From the NCBI RefSeq assembly GCF_032062105.1, contig NW_026924588.1:1-64000 (forward strand): a stretch of 64,000 nt of DNA, read 5' to 3'. This document shows, piece after piece, positions 40,001 through 49,000 of the stretch. Position numbers and translations under genes: made by a program. The DNA comes from Saccostrea cucullata. Taxonomy: Eukaryota. The first letter of the stretch is position 1; every line of letters starts with the position of its first letter. The notes beneath the pieces are model-generated. The model saw nothing but the letters and a program-made list of their open reading frames with translations, ran no database searches and was not told the DNA's origin.

Positions 40001-43000
40001 CATTTTATTATATATTAAGTTTGTTTATACTCCTCCTACAAAAGAAATGTAAATTTAAATAAAATTTAAATTTGCAGTTTTAAAAAAAAACTTTTATTTC
40101 CTTCAGTAGAAAGATACAACAAACAAGGCCAGGCAAAAACTGTGAAATAATTCTATTTCATGGAGGACAATGTTCTGTGCAATCATAAACCACACACAAT
40201 TTTTTCTTTAAACTTTGGGAAAAAAAATCTCAATTTTTGCTTTTAATTTTAAATTTCTGAGAAGCACGGTATACATTGCTGTCCACAGTCTCATATTTTT
40301 CCTGATAATTAAGATCTGATGAATGAATAAAATTAGCAAGCATGAAATTTTATGTTCTCCTTACTATCTTATCTAATCTTCAAGAACTCTCAAAGTAATT
40401 AACATTATTATTAAGCCAATGTCTAGAGAACATTTTGTAGGTAGGAAACAGAAAATGAAAATGCATTTAATTGTAGAAAGAAAGCATGGTTGTTCTTGCT
40501 TGCCACTGGGTGATACTTTTCAATGCCCACAGACAAAATTACAAGCATTTGCTATAGGTGGTTATTTGCAACTCTGTGGCTGTGTTTATTAAAAAATTCA
40601 ATTCTTTACACCTTAGATAGCTATCCCATTTACAAGCCTTCTTACCCTGGGATGGTACTCAGGAATTTCCACTGAATTGTTCATTGCTGAGGTTTTCTTT
40701 CTTTTCTCAGGCAAATACTCCGAGACTGTCCCTTCACTGCTGCATTTCTCTTTTGTCTGCTCTGCAACCTAAAAATGTAAAAATAAATACATTGATTCTT
40801 GAGCCTGAGATAAAGCAATTCTATTTCACATGGGCACAGCAAAAGACAGCATGGAATTTTCTAACAATTTTGTGTTAGATGCCAAGATAAGAAGTTGATA
40901 AATACAAATTTAAATTATTGTTTTGGGTGTGATCTGAAGTTTAATTCCCTGAAGATACAAGTATCTTAAATAAATGCATTACCCCCAATCTGAAATAGCT
41001 TCCTTCATATCTGTGATAGAATGTGCTTAGAAACTTCTTGATAAAATATTAATGGTAGATTAAGAGTAATGTTCTAATATATTAAGTTTCATGATTTTTT
41101 AAAATAATATGTCCAACACTGCTTAGAAAAAGTCATCACAAAGCCGCTAGTACAATGGGTTTGTATGAACTCATCCACACACTCACAAGCATGTTTATAC
41201 TATATTCCTGGTAACTTTTGGTGGATAATGAGCAATAAGTTAAAATACAAAGAAGAAAACATATTCACTTCAATCTGCATTGTTCCATTCTCTTCCGTGT
41301 TATGAGGGTTTGAGTCCTCACTGTGAGACGAGGTCCCATCTCGCTGAGATACTAAGTCATCATTCTGATATCTTGAGTCATTATCTTGAGATACAGCCTC
41401 AATTTCAGCCTCTTCAGGAACTACTTCCTCTTCTTCAACTTCCTGTTGAGAAACTTCTTCCTCGTTTGTTGACGTATTCCGAGTTTCTACTTGAGGTTTT
41501 TTCTGGTGAAATACATGTATTCAAATAGTAAGAAATGTTTAATTGATTTCTGAAAAATTTTTATAAAATTTTTATAAAATGTATGCCAACTGCATGAAAA
41601 ATATTTACAAAATAATATCCATTCTTTCTTTAAAAAAACTTGTCAATGAATACAGTGGACCTACGGATATCCGTACACCAGATATCCCGATGCTTCAGTA
41701 TCTGGACGATTTTTCATCGGAACAGAATTTTTTAACATTATTTGGTCTTGTTTAACCTGTAATTCAGATATCTGGATGCTCGCTTCATATATCTGGACAA
41801 ATTCACTAAGAACCACAGTGTCTGGATAAATGAGGCTCCACTGTATAATTGCTTAGCATTTTCATTGTATCATAATGTGATTTTAGTCCATGTATTTTTT
41901 TTTGGGGGGGGGGGGGGATATGTCTTTACCCTTTGTCTCTTGTCAATCAGAGAGAAAAATAAGTCTACATCTAACTCACCTTCATCGCCGTCGAGGGTAT
42001 ATTGTGCCTTAATTTCCACCTCATAAGCCAACCAGATGAAGGATTAAACAACATTTTACCCAGCTTCCTAGCCTCTAGCTCAGCCTGCTCCATTATTATA
42101 TAGTTGGGAATGTATTTCCCAGGCCGATAAATGCTTTTAAACCAATTGGTCAGAGCTACCTCCACGTCTGCTGCTTTTCCGGCTCGCAAACGTTTTCTAC
42201 TGGGATTTAAGTTATTCCCTTGTGCATAGATCTCCTGTTCTCTGGCAGCAATTTGGGAAATTACAGACTGGGCACAACCAACACGTCTGCCCACTTCTGT
42301 CTGTGTCCTGCCTTGCTTTAACAGGTCCAGAACTTGCATTTTTTGAGCGAAATTTAGGTCATTCCGGGTTCTCTGAAATTAGGAGAAAGTGGAATACCAT
42401 AGGTGTTTTGAGTTAAACATGTAATACACTATTGATGGAAACAGAATTTCAAGATGTTTACAATCTACAGTCGAACTTTGATTTCTCAAACCTGATGGGG
42501 CTGAGAAAAAACTTTCAATTGAGATATTCCAGGATTCAAGATATCCTGGGAAAAATTCTTAGAGAATATGTGATTGGGACTACCACATCACTTTGACATA
42601 TCCATTGTGTTTGAGATATGATCTTTCAGAGTTCAACTGTATATTATTTGAAATTCTATGTTTCAAAATTAATATCAATCTCTGCCCTTAAACTGTAAAA
42701 TGATCAAACACTTTGAACTTAAAATTATTTTGAAAACCATCGAGAAAACTTTTGACTGAAATAACTTAATTCATCAAAGCATTTCTACGAAAGTGTACAT
42801 GTAGCTCACCCTTGGACAATCCTCGATGGCTTTCACTGAAATACTCTTCTGAGGCCTAACGTAACAGACGATTCCGTTCAGCTCGTTTTTCTCCATCAAA
42901 TACGAAGTGGTAAATCCACCGGGAGGCTCGGAGATGTTCTCTAAACTAAAAGTTCTTTTCCTTTGGAACAGCTCAAATCCTCCTGCCTTCCTGAGTTGCG

Positions 43001-46000
43001 GGCATGCGCTGAGGATCGCTTCTCGGAATGTTGCCGGGTTTTCGTCTATGGTAAAAGTCACTACCTTGTTTCCAAGATCTGCTTCATTCAGCTTCTTGAC
43101 TTCCGCATGCCTTGGAACAACGCGCTGAAATGACATTGATGCTATATATCAAAACATACGGTGAATTTTGGAATCATTTCAATTCGTGGGGGTCAATATT
43201 TGTTGTTAAGCAAAATTTTACTTGTTCATTTGGACATACCAAGTAATTTAATTGTGGTTTGCTTTTTATAAGTAGTCAATAAAGCAAATATATTTACAAA
43301 AAAAAATCATTCCTAGGAATGCAAAATTGTGGGTAAGGGTGACTCAGGAAATTCATAAACATTGGTCCCTCACAACAATGATGATTCCACAGGTATTTAA
43401 TTGACTGAAAACTACAATGATGGCATATTTTCTAACATACAAATTTATATACTGTTACTCTGAGATAAACGTTAATTTATATGTTAGAATCATTGGGTTT
43501 ATGATTACTGTACTTTCTCTCCAGATTTTTGAGTTACTTAACACAGTCAAACAGATTATAAAATATTAATTAATCTATACATGTACCATTGATTTATCCC
43601 TTACCTGATTGCAATTTGACAAAAAACAGAATTTCTGAGTCCACATTCTTTCATTTTTAATTTCTTTATTCTAGAAAAAAAAAACATAAACATTATGCAT
43701 GTGATTAAACATTTAGGGAGCTGTTACACCAAGTTTTGGGTTATCTTTAAAGAATCAAAATAAATATAAACTCAATCAAAAATTTTAAAAGATAACTCAA
43801 CATGTCTTAGCAAAACAAAGAAAATTTTTGGGTTTTTTTATGCTCTATGTTTGAACATGTACCAGATTATCATCTGTGACCATTACACTCGGACTTAGCA
43901 CTCGTTCAATCTCTGTGTTCTCTGGTTCCTCAGTTACAATATCATCATCCACTGTAAAAGATACCACAGCTAAAGTATGAACATGAATTTGTCAAGGAGA
44001 AATGTCTTTAGGTCATATATCATAATATATCAACCTCTTAGGTATTACCCTGTTCATTCATCTAAAATGTGTATTTAATATTACTTGACGTATTGACTTT
44101 CCAAAAGAAATGATATTTATTATTAAAATACATACATTATTTTAGCATGCCTTTCATGATCAGTGTTTGACTAAAGATGTCTTTTTAACTTAAGAATTAT
44201 AATAGTCTTTAATCAGATGGTAGTTGTCTCCCTTATCGGAGATTCAGAGAACCTTAAACCCTTACCCTCCATCTTTAATGGAATGCTGTCTATCTCTGTC
44301 TGTACATGTTCTGTTAGTGATGTACCTGAAGAGAACACTAAATTACAAAAAAATCTCCTGTTCATAGTTTATAGATCAACTACAAGCAGTAAACTTAAAG
44401 CAAATACCAGGGATTAATCTAGGTTTTGGGGGGAAACTATACCCTTTCTGGAGAAATTTGGAAAATCAGCTGGGGGTCTGGAGGCTACTCCATATTCAGT
44501 TTCTAAACATTTTTATTTTAAATTTCCACTTTTTATAAAGGAAAAAAATTATTTCAGCCTTGTATCATTGTCAAGGGAATTTTTTTAACTCATAAAAAGG
44601 GGAAAATGTGGTATTCTGGGGAATTTTTTTTGGTAAGTAACCCTAGATTAATCCCTGATTACATACAATATATTCTAATTTTAACCAAGATTGTGAACTA
44701 AAAACATACTTCAGTAATGGTTCAAAACACTCAACACAGCATAACATTTTCACTACTAATACTTTTTTTCTCAAAATATTAGACTCTGCTACTACTACTT
44801 TTACAAATACTCAGAAATATAATAGCAGTTTTATCTAGAAATAAATACTCAATATTAAAGAAGCTCTGGCTAACCACTCATTGTAAATAAGAGCATTCTT
44901 TTCTAATTAAATAATAATTAATTAAAGTTCATTTACTTACTGGTACATGTAACACAATCTACATCTTTACTGTTCTGTGTTTCTAGGTCAGGCAGTGCCC
45001 TACATAACATTGAAAGATTAAGTTTGTGTGTAACAATTAAACTCAAGACTCCTAATTATTATCAGAAATTAATCAATACACATTCACTTGTAACTTCATC
45101 ATTTAATGACAGCTTTTAAGATATCTAATTTTTTTTTACCCATTTCCTGCTTTTGAAACAGAATTGGTCTGTCTCTCTTTCCTTTTCCTACCATTTTCCT
45201 TATCTACTGATGTGTCCGGGAAAGTCTTGTACCTACCAAAATAAAATGAATTTCCTTTCACCAATGTTAGTATACCCCAACTGATTCTATTTCGTCATAA
45301 TTACTTCCGGAATTATGTGAGATATAGTAGTACGCATGTGCAACCTCAGTTCGTGTCTAAGTTAACGTGGTTAACTATTTTTTCGTTTGACACATTGATA
45401 AGATTTTATTAATTACAGAACTCGAGGAGTTCTGTTTTTTACGACTATTATCAACAAAACTCGAGGAGTTTTGTGTTTACGACTACCATAAAGCGGTTCT
45501 TCGACTACTTTATGATAAAGTCGTAAAAAATGGCGGAACAGATGATTCAAAAGAAACAATTACGAAGTACTACTTGCTTTGAAGAAGAAGTAGACACAGA
45601 AAAGACAGACGGAACATGTAAAAGTAACGATGTTACTAAAAAGAACTCTAAAGTCGAGGTTCAGGGAACAAAGACTAAGAAGCATGGTAGTTCTGTCGGC
45701 AGTACGGTAAGCGCTACAAGCACTAGGTCCAGCGGGACGAAAAAACCTGTGAAAGTTGTGGCCGATGTCCACAATAGCGGTAATACACAAAACGATAATC
45801 AAATTATGTGTATACTGAATACAATTCTTGAAAATCAGAAAAAACAAGATGAACAGATTGGTACATTGAACAATAAGATCAATATGATAGAAAACGAATT
45901 TCAAGAATGTGATGATTATGAAGGTTACGATGATGATCAGACATACGACGAGAGTTGTAATAATGTTCAGCGTACAGATGATAATGTTGAAAATTCAGAT

Positions 46001-49000
46001 AATGCTTCTGGAAAAAGGAAGAGTGATCATTTGGACACAGAAGTTGTTCAAGAAAGTTCAAGTCGTTTTAAGAACATGAGTAAAAGATTTAAAAGCAGAG
46101 AAGTGTGTGATGTGAAAATAGATGAGACTTTGGCTACAAATATAACAGATTTGTTTAGAAATGGAATGAATGAAGATCAGTATTCAGATATGATTAAAGA
46201 TGAAAATAATGCAAGACCAGAAAATTGTGAAGGTCTGAAAGTTGTGAAGACAAACCAACTCGTTTGGGATATTATATCTCAAGAAGCTAAAACAATTGAT
46301 AGAAAAATGCAAAACATAGAAACTTCTGTTATTAAAGGTTCTATCATTCTGGCCAAAGTTGTGAACAAGTTGGCAGATGTGGAAAATGAATTAGATGATA
46401 CACAGAAAACGAAGTTGGGAAAAATTATAGATGAATGCAATGACAGCTTGGCTCTATTTGGACATGCAAACAAACAAGTAAATATGACAAGACGTGAGCT
46501 TATAAAACCAGAATTAAGATACGAATACTTGCACTTATGTGCACAAACTGTACCTTATATGTCTTGGTTATTTGGTGACGATATTTCAAAAACTGCGAAA
46601 GAAATTGAAGATTGCAGCAAGATTGGTCACAAATTGAACAGAGGTGGATCATTCCGAGGGAGAATGAGAGGACGTTTCAGAGGTCCTGGTCGTAGACCTA
46701 GAGGACGTGGAAACTATTACAACAACAACACTGCATACAATCCTAACTATCCAAACAGAAGTAGTGGCCAATTCTATCCAAAAAACTTCAAGAAGAGCAA
46801 TACGACACTGTCACAGCAGAAAAACAAGAATCAATAAAGAATGAGGTTAGTGAGAAAAATGATGAATTTTTTGCAGGTAGATTGAAATATTTTTCCAAAG
46901 AATGGGAAAAAATTACATCAGATAAAAATATATTACAGATAGTTGAAAATTGCAAAATAGAATTTATAGATAATGCAGCTCCAACAAAATGTAGTTTGTA
47001 TGAACCTGTGTTTAACTCGGTAGAATCTGAAGTGATAGATCAAGAAATTCAGAATTTATTAAAAATGGGAGCCATTGTCGAGGCAATTCCTGGACCAGAT
47101 CAGTTTCTTTCATCTATTTTTGTTAGACCAAAGAAAAATGGGGAATACAGAGTTATCCTCAATTTGAAAAATTTAAATGAACATGTGGTATACCGTCATT
47201 TCAAGATGGATACTTTCGAATCTGCAGTAAATCTGGTCAAGGAAAATTGTTTTATGGCATCAATTGACATAAGACATGCCTATCATACAATTCCAATAGC
47301 AATTGAGCATCAAAAGTATTTGAGATTCAGATGGAAAGGAAAAATATTTCAATATACCTGCTTACCATTTGGTTTGTCATCAGCACCTAGAATATTCACA
47401 AAAGTTCTCAAACCAATTTTTGCTAAGCTTAGAACATTAGGTTATCTTAGTATGACCTACATTGATGATGTTCTACTGTTTGGGGATACTATTGATGAAT
47501 GCAGAATGAATGTGAACATTACAAGAGAATATCTTGAGAAATTTGGTTTTGTGATTCATAGAAAGAAAAGTCAATTCGAACCTCAAAAATGTATCACATT
47601 CTTGGGAAACAAAATAAATTCTGAGAGAATGATTATTGAACTGACTGAGGAGAAGAAAGATATTATTTATGAAGAATGTAAGTGTTTAATAAATCAAGAT
47701 CTAGCAAAAATAAGAACTGTAGCTCGAGTCATTGGACTGATTATTTCAAGTTTTTCAGCTTCAGAATTGGGACAATTACATTACAGATTGCTAGAAAAAG
47801 AGAAAATAAAGCATCTAAAAGAAGCTAAAGGGAATTTTGATTCATTAATGCCAATAACTATGCAAATGAAAAAAGAGCTAAATTGGTGGTGTTTCAATAT
47901 TCATTCTCAAATCAGATTTATTTCTAGAGGTAATCCAGAGATTACCATTCAAACTGATGCATCCTTGTCAGGTTGGGGTGCAGTATGTACACAAGATAAT
48001 ATCAAAACTGGTGGAAGATGGAAAGAAGAAGAAAAATTGAATCACATAAATTATTTGGAAATGCTTGCAATTTACTTTGCTTTGAGATCTTTTGTGAATA
48101 TTGTGAAAAACAAATATGTAAGAATATTATCAGATAATACTACAGCCATTAGTTATATTAATAACATGGGTGGTATTAAATCTGAAATTTGCAATAAACT
48201 CGCAGTGGAAATATGGGAATGGTGCATTAAGAGAGACATTTGGTTGAAGTGTTCTCATATTCCAGGGAAAAATAATATAGAAGCAGACAAATTATCCAGA
48301 GAGTTTAATGATCAAGTGGAATGGCAATTAGATCATGATATATTCTTACAAATTTGTTCAAAGCTAGTGTTTCCAAATATAGATTTGTTTGCATCAAGAC
48401 TTAATACACAAGTTGAAGTGTTTTGCTCATGGAAACAAGATCCAGAATGTAGTTATGTTGATGCATTTTCATTGAATTGGAGAGATTTTGATTATCTTTA
48501 TATTTTTCCACCTTTTAGTCTGATGGGCTTGTGCATCAAGAAGATTCAGGAAGACCGGGCAAGAGGGATTATCATTGCCCCATTATGGCCCACTCAGACT
48601 TGGTTCACAGGATTAATGAAAAGTATAGTCAAGAATCCAATTTTACTTCCGAGAAAGAAGGATCTACTTTTAAACCCTCACAAAAAAGAGGCTCATCCTT
48701 TGTGGGAAAAAATGACCTTGATTGCATGCCAAGTGTCCGGCGAACTTACAGAAACCTTGGATTTTCAAGAACAACTACCTCCATTATTATGGCATCATGG
48801 AGAACCGGTACTAAAAAACAGTATCAAACGTTCATTAAAAGATGGTTTCAGTACTGCTTTGAATGGAAAATTGATCCAATTTCACCATCTGTAAACAATA
48901 TTTTGGAATTCTTGACTTTACTTTTTGATAATGGACTGAGTTACAGTTCTCTCAATACAGCTCGAGGGGCTTTGTCAGCTTTGGGCATAAAGTTAGATGG

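Noticed and set aside
31058-42372. Autonomous Tigger/pogo transposases
   Set aside because: No DDE domain or flanking TIRs; the HTH segments are bounded by phase-consistent splice sites.
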